From Paecilomyces variotii (Eukaryota): 64,000 nucleotides of DNA. Below the pieces are notes generated by a model. That model made no database searches. It had not been told where the DNA came from and saw only the letters and a program-made list of their open reading frames with translations. The DNA lies in assembly GCA_004022145.1 (NCBI GenBank), contig RCNU01000001.1; one strand, written 5' to 3'. The translations under genes were made by a program, and so were the position numbers. Below, piece after piece: positions 11,571-24,917 of this stretch. Positions within the stretch are counted from its first letter, which is position 1, and each line of letters opens with the position of its first letter.

Positions 11571-14500
11571 AGACCTTTACTCGAGGACATCAAGGATCCA
11601 GTATGAATGGTCCTGCGTAATGCTGGTTCGTTGGCTATGCGGGCAGAATGAAATGTCTCCAGTCAGGACAGCATGTATGGCTGTACCCCTTTAGAGGCGA
11701 CTTCGATATCAGATATCACAACTTCCGTCTTTCTTTTCTATATCGTTCCTCTCAGCATGGGGTCTTGGTGAAATGTTGGGAGTCAGCATCCTCTCGGAAT
11801 GTGGGTGTCCTGTCTGTTGTGGCAGTCCATGATGTGGCATCAATCGAATGGTGGAGCATTGAGCAGTTCGCAGATCTGCTTCGACGACGGTTCATTGTAA
11901 TTCCACATGAAATGGATGCAGCAAAGAGTGAAATGAGGGACCATAACTTGCTCCAAACCAATTGTAGCCCCTCCACACTGCAGCACGAGCATGGCAGAAT
12001 GAACCATTCGGAGCTTAGGCCTACGGCTGGGGCATATGCCAGTGCTTGATGAAGTATGAACAAGAGGGGCGGCGGATACAACAGCCGGCAGCAACATTGA
12101 AGCCACAACGATGATAGAAAATATGACTGGGTACTATGGGTTAGAGGGTATAGGACCATCTTTGACAACAAACTGGCAGGGTAGGGGTCAAAAAGAAATG
12201 AGAATACAACTCCATCGCAGGGTTCGCGCGCCGCAGTTCTAGATCGGGCCTCTTACAATGTTTCCTGAGGCAGGAATGAGGCGTGTCTACCATCTAGTGG
12301 ATAAACATTGTCATCAAAAGATGCAGCTCAGACCGAAGAGTCAGTAACTCCAATCTCTCAACCTGATCATACACCTCGAATGTGAGAAATTCATGCGTGG
12401 ATTGTCTGCATTGACCGAACAGTACCCTCCAGGGGTTAAAGCCATGCCGGTGCGATGGATAAGCGCTCAGCTCCAGTCGCGAAGTGCCAACAAACTCGCC
12501 GGTCAACGGGCCGTGACAGCAGAGATGCATACTCTAGCATATCACCCCCAGTGTGGTGTAGCCATGGACCTCGACAGACGAACGGTCTTTCTGCAACCAA
12601 ACCTCTGATTCAATTAAAACTGGTACTCTCAATGCGCAATACTCAATTTATGGAGACGAAGTCCGTCGGACCAGCCGGCAGCCTGATACGCGACGAACTC
12701 AGTGGGTTGACTCCTACGCTGATAAGACCCCAATGTGACTCAGTCATGAAGACGAAACCGGCGTGTCTAACTTGTCATTTTCAGTGAAAGGCTTATAGTC
12801 GATCTCATTCGTTTGTTGGTGTTTAGTTCGACTGGTGATCGCGGGGACTTCTAGCTCGGCAGCGGGGCTATCTACTGACGCTTCAGTGATACATCTGAAC
12901 TTTGTACCACGTGTTGCAGGAGATTTCATTTCAACATAGAACCGATGGCAGGCTAGATATATATTCTCCGCCGTTCTAGGTTTCATCTCTGTAGGTAGGA
13001 CAGACAGTGAAGGAAAGCAAAAGTGAACTCGAGACACGGTTCGATCTGTGACACGCAGAATCGACTTCCTCGTCTCGTCCAAGGCGGTGAAGATGTCGGC
13101 AGGTGATGAATTAATTCCTTCGCAGTTGTAAAACTGCCGGAGAATCTACCGTCTTCTTTCTTTCTCCGCTTATTCGGATTGAATCATTGCAGTCATCGTT
13201 GGACATGCAGATATATATCATAAGCTACATATATATTCCCTACCCCAAGGGAAGAAGCAAGTAAGTAGCGGAGACAGTCCCCGCAGATGCCACCGGAAAA
13301 GTGGTACTCCACCATGTCTATACGGATTTCACACGAGTCTACTGCTAGGAGATAAACAAGGATAAATACTCTACGCATATCGACACTTTCGCAACATGAG
13401 GGGTTCTCTGGGGAATGTGGGGTAGAAAAGAGCAACTCCACATACCGAGAACGATAATGGACCGATTCTGCTGTTCATCAGTGATCAGCAATGGCCATAG
13501 CACAATAATGGCAAGCTATAGAAGATCGAAAAAGAAGAAGAAGAACAATATTCCGTCGCGTGGCAGATAACCGAAGTTGCTCCGCCAGCTTGTTGCCGAT
13601 GCGAGGGACAGAGCGGAACCAGAGAGATCTCAGCCCACGCGGAAGGACACACTACGAACCGCCCACAGAAGCCTAGTCTAGACGCGAGGGGAGGAGTTGC
13701 GAAAGTCAGCAGAAGGTGGAGAAGTCTGATAGCGAAAAAAAGGCCAGATGGCCAATCCTACCGAAGCCCTTTCTGTTGCTGACTCGCTCACCGCAGAATT
13801 AATAATAATGAGCTTTCCGGGGAGTGGAAGTATTATCCTAAGCGAATATATGCCTCAATAGGTAAAAGGATCCATGGTGGTCTAGGGACATCGTGGAGGA
13901 GAGAGCTCGAAGGCGTCGAATATTGATCGAATCCATCATGGTTGCTAGGATCACTTTCAGCAGATAACTAGATATGCCTGGCGGATTTTGGCCGGACAGC
14001 AACGTCGACCGCCGAGGCTGATCGGCACATCTTGGGGAATAAGCGATTTCCCATTCGCAGACGGTTCACGCCCCATCCATATCAGACCACCGGGGAAAAC
14101 ACAGGAGGAAGAAGTAAAAGGAGACAGACAAGAAAACCCAGAAACGATATCCGGGGGTGAGAACCACTGTTGGGCACGGAATAATGGATGGTGTTCAATG
14201 GACGCGAGAGCAGATCGCACAATGTAGACCGCACGTAAGTAGAGTAGGCAGTTATCTAACTTAATTGAACTCGTCAAAGATGGGGTTGCCGTCCGGAGGC
14301 CTTGTCGAACAGTGTCCTGAACGGGCCCCAAGTACTAGTGACCTGGTCTCTCACCTGAAATCCGCGTGAAACTAAAGTACCCGGTACTTTGACCGCACTC
14401 GCCGACTCGACCTTCCGCCAGCTTTCGTTATCCGACACTTTTCTCCTCCTTTCACCTCCAACTGCCGACTTTTCTCGTGTCATCTTTCTCGACCGTTCCT

Positions 14501-14812
14501 GTGTCTCTCCGTCCACCTTCTCCAGCTGCGGACCTCCCTATCCAGATTCTTTCTTCCGTTTTCCGGTAAGCATCCCCGACTCCCTTGGGATCGCAAGCAT
14601 TGAGATCTTCAGCTCGTCCCCCGAAAAGCCCTAGACTCTGAGCAGCGGTCGAAAGATTCTTGCTTCGTTGTCTATAATTCCCATCCCGAAGAGAGAAACT
14701 GTCGTGCAGCTTTTTAGGGTGCTCAGTTTCCACGCTGCTGCTGCTGCTGATGTTATCCTGTTTCGTGTTGGCTAACTGTCAATTCCATCTACTAGATCCC
14801 CCAGCAGTCATC

Positions 14813-15414
14813 ATGTCCAAGGAGCTCACCACCGCGGAGGTTGCCTCCCACAACACCAAGAAGGATCTATACATGATCATTCACGACAAGGTTTACGATG
14901 TCACCTCTTTCGTCGATGAGCACCCGTATGTGGCCGCCTTTTCGCGACTCCCCCTAAAAAGTTACTAGTTAGATCGCAGCAATTGCTTAGCTAACACGTG
15001 AGTCGGTCATAACTAGTGGTGGTGAGGAGGTCCTTCTCGATGTCGGTGGTCAGGATGGTACGGAAGCTTTCGAGGACGTCGGACACAGTGATGAGGCCCG
15101 TGAGATCCTGGCCGGTCTGGAGGTCGGAACGCTGAAGAGACTGGTATGTTGTGCTTCCCATGGTCTTAAAACACCTGCCCGAAGAAACTTGCGATCCATC
15201 TTGTCCGCTCCACTGCCTCGGCCTGTAGACTGACAAAACACTTTTCGATTAGCCCGGTGAAGCTGGCCCCAAGACTGGCAATCCCTCTTCCGTCAGCGTC
15301 CCTAAGAAAGACAGCACCGGCCTCGGCATTGGTCTCTACGCCGTTCTGCTCATCGGTGGTGCCGCTGCCTACTTCGCCTACCAGTACATCCAGGCCAATG
15401 CTGAGAAGCAGTGA
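14813..15414 (+). CDS. cyb5: Cytochrome b5, tail-anchored, 3 exons
   Basis: Spliced product [69 protein letters not shown]... carries the HPGG and GHS heme-ligand motifs and a C-terminal TM helix ([19 protein letters not shown]). Confidence 0.96.
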
Positions 15415-16343
15415 GCTACCAGCTTTCAATGGCGTTGTATTGGTGTAAAGGAGAGAGTATGTGGAATAGAGGGAAATGAATTCAACACCGAGTGGATACG
15501 GCTACATGAGACTCCTGTGCGAGTGGACAAACTAGAGCTGCGCAAATTGCAGCACCTGCGGCAAGCGACGGGCCTCTCGCGACCGGGAGACGGGGAGAGA
15601 AGCTTGGATCCAAAAAAAGGGAAATGGGTTTAATTGAGTGACTACAGTTGAAGAATCCGGGAGAGGAAAAGGGCGTCCTCTTTTCTTGGTCCCATGTCCG
15701 TTTATTTAATGTTCCATTTTTTTCTTATTCCTTTTTTGTTTTGTTTTTTGCTATGCAGATATGGTAGATATTACCCACGTCTTACTACTTTCTGCCACAT
15801 AGACCATTAGGTATTTATTACCACCACTACTTCAGATGACTCCCACTCCACGATAACCATAAGGACATGAGAAGAGGAAATTGTCTTCTAGACTACATGG
15901 ATAATCCAGTTGAAAAAAGAGGTTTTTAATTCGTATTTCACTTTTTCTTCTCTGCTCTCTTCATTTTCCCTCCCAACCGTGTTATCTTCTGAACGGCCGT
16001 GGCTTTTGTTCATGGTTCGTTCCTTTTTGGTGGCCCTTTTCCTGTTGTTGATATACCATGCTCATTAAGGCTTCATCCAAATTATGAAGCAAACTGAGGC
16101 CGGCCCTCGAGCGAGAACATAACAAAGGTTATACAGAATATATAAATAATGAGACAGGGTGAAAGATAATGATAATAGTAATAGAAGCATATCACAATAG
16201 ATAGATGAAAAATATTGGAATCACCAGAAAAACGCTCATCTGCTAACATCAGGTTGATGAAATACAAGGAAATCCTCCAAACCTCACCACCCATTTTTTC
16301 TTTTGAATCACATAGTTAAATTATGTTGCAAACTGGGTTTTGA

Positions 16344-19300
16344 TCATCTCGAGGTGCCATTCAAACCTGCCTGGACGGCCTCCAGAATCAGGTCCTTGGC
16401 CTGCTCCACGCTCTCTTTAGATCCCTTGATCTCAATTGCTTCTCCCTTTGCCTGGTCCTTGGGCACATTAATGCGGCAGCCGGTCTTCTTCCTGATGGAG
16501 TTGATCTGGCTACCTCCTTGTCCAACAACGAAGCGGTATGTCTTGGGGTCAGGCAAGATGAGGTAGCCAGTAGCCGACTGTTGGGATGCACTTGCGATGG
16601 CCTTTTCCAAGGCAGCCTTTGCCTTGGAAACATTTTCAGACGAGCCGCTGAGAACCCATGGAATCGTGGACTGCTGCGAAGGATCAGCCGCAACGGAACT
16701 GTTGTCAACGACCTTCCAGGAGTGAGCGTCTGCAGCCGCGCCTGGCTCATCAGTGATCAAAGGAAGCGAAGCTGAATCATTCGTGCCATTGCGAGAATCC
16801 ACGCTGGGCTTTGGCGGGATCTGATGACCGGCATGATCGACCGTCACGTGGTAATCATTGCGAAGGCGACGGAAGAATGAGCCATTCTCCGAAATAGCGT
16901 GGTGAAGATGCTTCGGTACTTCAACAGTTTCGCCTTGCTGTTCCTTGAGCAAGGTTAGGATATGCTCCTTGGCTCCCTCGACGGCGTTGCTGGGGCCCTT
17001 AATTCTCACGTCAGAACGGCCCGATCCCTGCTTAGGGACGTCCAGAGTGATGTTGAACTTGGACTCCAAGTCTCTTCTGGTGTCACCGCCACGGCCTATG
17101 AGCAGGCGATGCTGTGACTGAGGCACATCAATTGTAGCGGTCACTTGGTCCTCTCGCTCCTTCACGAAGTCCTGAATAGCAGCAACGATCTTGTCAACGA
17201 CGGCCCCGTTGCCTTCAAGCTTAATCGTACTATCATTGCTTTCTGGACGGGGGAACTTGACAATACGAGCGGCGCTACCGTCGTTGGGACCACCAGCATC
17301 AACAACAATTTTGCGGATATTCGCACCTTTGGGTATGTTAGATAGGCATTAAACGGAGAATACGGAGACAAGACTTACCACCTGCGCCGATCAGAGCCTT
17401 GTGATACTTCTTGTCAACATCAATCGTCTTGGTGACAATAGCATCGAACTCCTTGGAACGCTGCTGAAGGATCTTCTTTGCCTCCTCAACCTGCTTCTTG
17501 GTGCCCTTGATTTTGATTTCAACGCGACCCGACGCATCCGGAGTGTCGTTAGCGCTGGGAACATCAATCTGAGCACCAGTGTCGGCCCTCAGCTTGTCCA
17601 TCTCACGACCACGCTGGCCGATGAGAGACGGGACTTGGGCCTGAGCAACAGACACAGAAGCAGAGTGAGAGTGGTCAATAACCCATTGCAGCAAGCTAAG
17701 AATCTCATCTCTTGCGGCATCAGCGCCTTTACGGGGACCCTTCACAATCACTTCGTCAGGTGCCTGCTGCGGTCGTTGAGGCCGTCCTCCGCCTACTTCG
17801 CTTGCAGTGTCCGCAACAGACTGGTCGTCATTGACCTGCGCTGACACGGCAGCACGAGGGAACTGTACGCGAACATTGTACCGGTCCTGAAGGCGGTTAA
17901 CCTGGCTACCCTTTTGACCAATCAGGTCACGATGGTACTGCGGCGGAACCTTGAGGACGTGAGTTGTCTCGTCTTCAAGCTTCCTTCCCAGAGCAATAAT
18001 CCGGCTCTTCGCAGCATCAGCCTTGGCCTTTGGTCCTTTGACCTCAACTTTTCCGTTCTCGACCTTGATATCCACGTCGAACTCATCACGAAGCTTATTG
18101 ATGTTCTCACCCCTCTTCCCAATGAGGAAGTTGGCGAATTTCTGAGGGAAATCAAAGCTAGTGGTATATCCCCTCTCTAGATCATCCTTTTCCTGCTCAA
18201 CGACAAATGTATCGATCTTCGAGGCCAGATCTTCGACAGAATTGGAGCGACCACGGAGAGAAACTTCACACTGAGGAGCAGCTTTCTGAGCTCCGTTGCG
18301 TTCACTTGGCTCGCCAATGATGACACGGACGGGGATGTGATCTTCACCCTTAGCCTGCTGTTCACGGGCGACAAACCTCCGAAGCTTTTCAGCGTATCTG
18401 AAAATATCTGTTAATATTGATTGAACAATTTCATCAAGGGAAGGCTTGCATACTTCGCAGGTACATTGACCGATTTGGCGACGACGTTCTGCTGGTCTCC
18501 CAGGATACTCAGAATGTGTTCCTGGGCTTCCCGCAGGCTTCTTTCAAAAGCAGCGACTTCCTCAGCTGATGGTCGTTGTCTTGGCGGCTGGTACTCTGGG
18601 CTTGTTGCGGAGGGGCCCTCATAGACCAAGAAGACATTAGGGCTATCAACATCGTCTGGGACGATCAGATGGACACCGAAGTCATTCTTCAGTTGAGAGG
18701 AACTCCGGGAACGGAGATAAGGGTGGAAGTAAGGGTCTACGGAGACAGGGCGGATTCTCGATGGGGGATGGGCTTGAACCAAGCCCATGATATCAGAACG
18801 AGCCCGGATAGTATTCTTTCCATCCCTGGAATACACCTCCCATGTCACTGGCCCATCTGTGGTCGGTGGCAGCACAATACGGGCATCGTACAGCGATTCC
18901 AGATGTCTAATGATCTGGCGCTGCTGCAGATACGACGTAAGAGCGCGCGCATGAGCGTGGGGGCCCACAGGTGCGTTAGGATGTTGCCGGGACAGGTCGA
19001 TGCTTGCCATCTGCATGCTGGTGGCGAGATCCATAGCACGGTTGACACCAACATCGATGTGCTCAGGTGGTCCGGTGATAGTTAGGAACTCGCTCTCGTC
19101 AGACTCTGGAGGCAAGATGATAGCGCAACCGGTTTCCGCAAGGAAACGGTGTAGTGCATCAGCTTCGTCACCCAAGATGAACTGATGTTGGCCACGGTTG
19201 ATAGCCAATTGTCTTAGTGTGAGTTGACGCTGCAGCTCAGCAGCACGTCGCTCGATTTCAGCTCGCGCTTCCTGGGCCGCAGAACGTTCACCCGAAATAA

Positions 19301-20516
19301 GGATGTGCGTACTGGGGTCAGGGACGAAGTTGATCTGACCAGGGACAGCTTCCTGGGGTGGCGGTTGTGTCGTCCATGTATCATAGCGGGGAACCCTTAT
19401 CTGAGCCTTTGTGCGTTCCTCAATCTCATTGAGATTGGTGTTGTGAGGACCTGCGAGGAATGGGAAGAACTCTGGGGGAATGGTCTTCAGGCGCAAGCTG
19501 ATATTGGATGCCCGTTCCTTGACAATAGCTTCTATTTCTCGTCGAGCCATTTCCGCTGCAACAGCATCTCCCTCAATCAGGACGTCAATCGTGACGTCGT
19601 CGTCGTCCTCTTCTCCAGCCGGCGATTCCTCAGCTCGGGGTACCTGCACTCGAGCACCAGTCCGCTGTTGGATATCTTGGACAACTGCACCCTGGCGACC
19701 GATAATGTGGGGCCGGGCTGAAGCTGGGATAGGCACTCGGACAGATTGCTGTTAAGAGTCAAAAACCGTTTCAGAATAGGTGAACTACGGGTTGGCGTAC
19801 CTTAGATCCAACCTGCTGTGCGACGTCCTTCAGGGCCTGTCTAACCGCATCCACTGATCCCTTGCCCTCGAAGATTATGGAACCACCTGGCCCACTACGC
19901 ATATCAACAGTAGCCTTCGAGCGCTTGCTGATGTCTCTAAGAAGGTCGCGAAGTGGCTTCTTGAGCTGGCCACGGGGAAGCATCTGCGAAGGCGCAAGGC
20001 GGAGCTGCTCCACATGCTTCCCAGGAAGTGTCATGATCTTTGGTGCATCACTGACACCGAAACCCTGCGTACCTGTAGCAGCTGTGGACGCGAATTCCGT
20101 CAATTGAGGATCCGAAACTGATATACGGGAGAAGACGTACCGGAAGCCTGTGAGCCATTGGCCAGGCCGTTTGCTACTGCAGCAGCTGAAGATTTCTTAG
20201 CACCCCAAGTCGTCGGAACAGCAGCAGCTCGAGGCTTGGGACCGCCTCCCAGAGCAGGAAACAATTCCTCGGACTTCACATCGAAAGCTGGTGCTTTCTT
20301 CCGTGCAGCAGCAGTTGTTGCGCTACCGGAAGCGGAATCCGGCTTCACTTCCGATGCAGCGGGAGGAGGATGCTGGATTTCATCCTCGTCCGGTACATCC
20401 TCCACTGTCACCTTGTGAGCTTCATCGCGTGCGTGCTGCTCCTCCAACAGAGCAGCCGGTGATTTTGTGGCAGCCGATCCGCCGTTGACGATCAGACCAG
20501 GCGCTTCAGCTGACAT
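16344..20516 (-). CDS. scp160: Multi-KH-domain RNA-binding protein Scp160/vigilin
   Basis: Repeated KH GxxG motifs (IIGRQG, LIGQKG, LIGQRG, LIGAGG, LIGRGG, VVGQGG) across several exons; N-terminal SEELFPALG motif. Confidence 0.93.
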
Positions 20517-21510
20517 TGTAAATAACTTCCCGAAGTTATTGCAGAGAACCGGGGTGATAGGATTATATCAAGAGGTGGGAATGAGCGGAGAGAAATTTAA
20601 AGTCCTAGACAGCGAGAATTGATTAGTATGCAAAGCGCAAGAGCTATCATTGAGTCAGACTAATCGAGTCACACCTGTAACCTGCAATTCTGAAAGAGAA
20701 TGTACAATGCAGAAGACGCCAATGCTCTAGCTGGTGTAAGAAAACCAACAGAATCGCCTACACTAAGGCGGTGGACTGATCTAGAAAGGCTGGGGGTCAA
20801 ATGGTACGGATATCTATCTGGTAAGTGCAACAACGAATTGCATCACACCGGTCGAGCAGCAGACAGGATTAGAAGGGCGGAGAAGAGAGAATAAGAGAGG
20901 TGAAGAGGCGGAGGAGGAGGAGAGATGATGAGAAGGGGACGTGAAGAAAAAGCGTGGTCGATGAGCGTTTCGAGGACGGAGCGGAAAGGACAAGTTCGAG
21001 GTGTCGGAGTTGGGACTTTGGGGCAACGCACCGGACTGTCTCTCTCTGTTTCGTCCGCCGCCGCCTAGCGCACTCTGGGGCCGGAGGAAGCACGCGAGAC
21101 GCCGATGTTGTGCCGTCACCAACAACGGTGATGGTCCCATATAGTTAGTATTTACTCATTGCTGTGGTTCTTCTTCTCTTCACGATATTGCTGTGGTCGC
21201 TCTGCAAGGGCTGTCTCTGGAGCATCGAGAAGCTGCGTGGAGATAGCCAATGCGGGTACTTCCTCGTCTCTGTTAACTAGAACTGAAAGGCAATGACATA
21301 TCTGCTTTTGCTTTGTGTCCTTACTTAGTCCCCCTAGTTCCTTGCGAAGTACTAATCCAATTCACATTATGTGATGCCTTCATTAGGAATCGTACTTGTG
21401 TGGCCGATTCATAAATCTTACGGAGTCTTAATATACCAGGATTACACGTCTCTCTCCGGATGGCGTCAATGTTTATTGGTCTTCTATTACTTACTACAGG
21501 CTCAAACATC

Positions 21511-24126
21511 TCATTTTATTTTCAACCTGTGGTTCAAAAGCCTCAACACCCAGTTGCAATGCCCCGTTTCATCTTCCAACGCTGCGATAGAGTCTGCTAT
21601 CCTCTGTGACAAAGACGCTAGTGTCTGCTCAGTGTACTTCATACTCCCAGCTTTCTGCAGATGATCGAGCACAAACTGCTTCAGAGGCACATGTAGACCC
21701 CCTGACGTCCGTGAGACCTGGAGGATTCCCTGCAGCTGGAAGTCTCCAGGAGGAGACGTCAAGGCGTGAATCAACGGGAAAGAAAACTTCCCTCCATCGA
21801 GATCCTCGCAAAAACCCTTTTTCTCAGCATACTGTTTTATCGAGTGATTGGTCAGAGTCTAAGTATCTTGGCAATCGCTTTATGGACCCGTCTTACCTCT
21901 TCTGTTAGATTTTTGTAATCGTCGCGGATTTGGAAAAACTGACCCAGCAGAGTAGCTAATGAATCCAAGGAGCTATACATTCCATCAGAGCAGTCAGATT
22001 ATGAGGAATATTTGGGCAGTTAAACGAAGACCGATAGCGTACCAACTATGCCCTGTTTTCGCCTTCTGCATCATCATCCGTGTTATCAGTCGAAGAAGAC
22101 CACCGGTTTCTGTATCATGAATGATCAGCACGTTCTATCTTTGGCCACATACAGAGAAAGAGAAGTGTGATTTACTCTGACTGATCATTGCAAGATATTC
22201 ATCCTGCGAGGGGCATTTCCCATGCCTGGTCCAATACAGATCGAAACTTTGTCCGATGAACAAGTTCTGGGTCTCTTCCATGAATATATCCCAACATCGT
22301 TGGTTGTCGAGCTGTCTCACTTGGTCGGCAGCCTGTAACAAAAGGAAGTTTGCAGAATTGATAGTTTGTCCGGCTCCAAATATTACATGAGTTGCTGGTT
22401 GACCGCGGCGGAGAGGGGATGCATCTTCGATGTCATCTAGCCTATACCGGCACAGTCAGTGACATCTGACCAGGTCCTAAGGGTTACGGCGTGTACAGCA
22501 TACATTAATGACGCATTGTGCATAGTCTGCGTAATGGACTTGAATTGGTTGATAAGATGGGGTGGTAAAGTGAACCAGACATTTAGTCCGTCAATAAATG
22601 CCTCCCGGATTCCTTTGGAAGGAAGAGAGCTAATGTAATCTGCTGGTCCAAGAAGATGCTGTGTGATAGAGATGTCAATAATATAATCTCATACACAGTG
22701 AAGATATGGCCACTCTTACCTCACTGCCTAGTTTTGTCTGCTCCAAGAGCCGTCGATCTTCATCTTTTGACGGACTGGACGATATCGAAGATCGCGACGA
22801 AGAGTCAGACCAACTAAAAGACTCATTTGATATACTGTTTTCGGAGATACTCGAGTGTCTGGTTATGTTCCCTGCAGAGGTTTCTTGCCCCGTATTGTCA
22901 TCTTTCTGAATCGTATTCAAGCCTTTTTCTTTATTTCTTTGCAACATGAGGCTCGCCTCATCGCAGAGTCCAGGGTGGTAGCGGGGACATCGAATGCTCC
23001 AGGCAACATTTCCTGGGATTTGATATTCCAAGGCCCTCAAGTAGGTGGCCAGCTTGATATTTCCTTTTCCTTCTCCTGCCAAGAATGCGTCTTTTCGTTT
23101 CCTAAATTCCTCTTCGTACCCATTGGTTACTTCTCTGACACGGCTTTTCGCTTCAGCTGCATCGATCTGGTACCATTTCATAAAGAGCCAAACCAGGTTC
23201 GTCATGGTGCTCTCGCCGCAACGCCCTGACCGGAAATCCTCCCATTCAACATCAAATGAGAAGTAATCATTTGCCAACCCCAAGGCGGCATAGCAAGGTT
23301 TGACTACTGAAGAAAGTCTCTCCTCTTCTTCAGGAGTGAGTCGAATACCCATCCCAAAACGCATCAGCGTATCGACAAACCTGCTTGCTCGTCAGAGAAT
23401 ATTACGAATATATACCATGGTCATGCAACATACGGGGCGCCTGTGTCTATAATCCGATAATCCACGTATTCATCAAGATTCTCAAATATGCGAGATTTGT
23501 CCTGCTTTGCAGTCGTAGAAACCATGGTCTTCCATGAGTCAATCACAACCTCTGCACATGGTGCGTCAATGGAGAGCAGTTGCAAGAGCATTTTGGACTG
23601 TATTTGCTTGGTTCCGATAACTGATTTTACCGTCCGATATTCTGTATCATCGAGAGAAATATCGTCGCCATGAGGGTTCCACTACCTACAATTAGCTTCC
23701 CTCGATTAAAAATTGCTCCAGATGGAAGAACATACAGTGGACTTGGCTGCTGATTCGACAACATTGTCATAAAGAAAGGCGTCTATTCTCATTATCATAA
23801 GTCAGCAAAAGTACATCATTCGTTTCGCCTCGACTTGCTTGCATACATTCGAAAATATATGAAATAACCCCCAGTCTCTCTGGTTTACAAAGTGGGAGAA
23901 CCACTGTTCCAAAATGTCCTTCCCATGGGCTGTTGCAGCCCCAGCGTTCAATTGGACCTATGTATTTCAACCAGTCTTCGCGACATTGTAGAGAACCCTC
24001 GATTGCCTTGTCTTCGAATTTATGTCGTCGCAGGGCATATCCATCACAAAATCCTTCGATATCAGATGATTCTCGAGGCACAGTGTAGGACCTTTCATCA
24101 TCCAATAAGAGATTCAGATGCGCCAT
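21511..24126 (-). CDS. Chimeric (bifunctional) class I terpene cyclase + trans-prenyltransferase, variediene-synthase-like; 9 exons, about 710 aa
   Basis: Hand-spliced through 8 GT-AG introns with no stop or frameshift. Cyclase domain: YDNVVE (about 23754-23771), RIIDTG, NSE motif NDYFSFDVE (about 23245-23271), WSIRCPRY. Ser-rich linker. Prenyltransferase domain: SLPSKGIR, LDDIED..RRG (about 22423-22437), GQSFDLYW, KTGGL, QIRDDYKN (about 21909-21923). It closely resembles, from memory, variediene synthase EvVS. Confidence 0.93.
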
Positions 24127-24917
24127 TTCTCCGGTCTAACAATGCAAACAGTATGCTCACAAAGCGCCAGAGATCATGAACAAACTACCTGGCAGAATTT
24201 TGTGGGCGATCGAGTTCATCAAATTGTCAATTTGCATGTCTCATATTTCTATTTCTACGCAAATTAAGTTACGACCAGTTTCTTCCTCAGCGGTGACGTG
24301 ATCTAAACCAGTTTAGCTTTTAACATAGTAGACTGATCATATACAAAGTCAATCTTACTGTGAACACATGTTCACGCAAGATCGCATTCAGAATTAAGGA
24401 CGCAGATATCATCGTGCAGAACTTGGAATTCGGTCGATTTCTTATCCAATATTGGGCTGCGATGATCCACACGGCTCCACAGCGTAGATTGTTGATGCCA
24501 GCAGAAATTCAATCTGAGATTCTTGCCAGCTTTTACGCTGCATCGTAACCTGATTTTTGATGTCATCACCCTGAAGAAGCACCATACTGTACCTTTGGGT
24601 CTGCAAGGGATCGTGATCATGTCTGTTCAGCCGATCTTACAGATCATACATTATACTTTTGCTACCAATAACAGATTAGCGATTAAAAGAAAGGTAGATA
24701 ACATAATCGAGGTTAACTTTTAATCAAAGTGTGTCTACCATTAAAGTTATCGTCACTGCGCATCATCTGTTCTATATATGGTACATTCCCTACCTGTTGC
24801 TTGTACACTGGATTCTTTACAACCAAATGAAATACTATTTATAGCTCAATTACTGACTTGAGTTCTACCATTCACTCATCAAATAAGACGAACCGCCGCT
24901 GGAGGTAGTATCCTACT

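Noticed and set aside
13102..13190. Possible box C/D snoRNA starting GTGATGA
   Set aside because: No matching terminal CTGA box D or closing stem was found.
23681..23690. Apparent frameshift at terpene synthase exon 3 if the first AG after the branch point is used
   Set aside because: The second AG (GCTAATTGTAGGTAG/TGG) is at a normal branch distance and restores the frame, so the gene is not a pseudogene.
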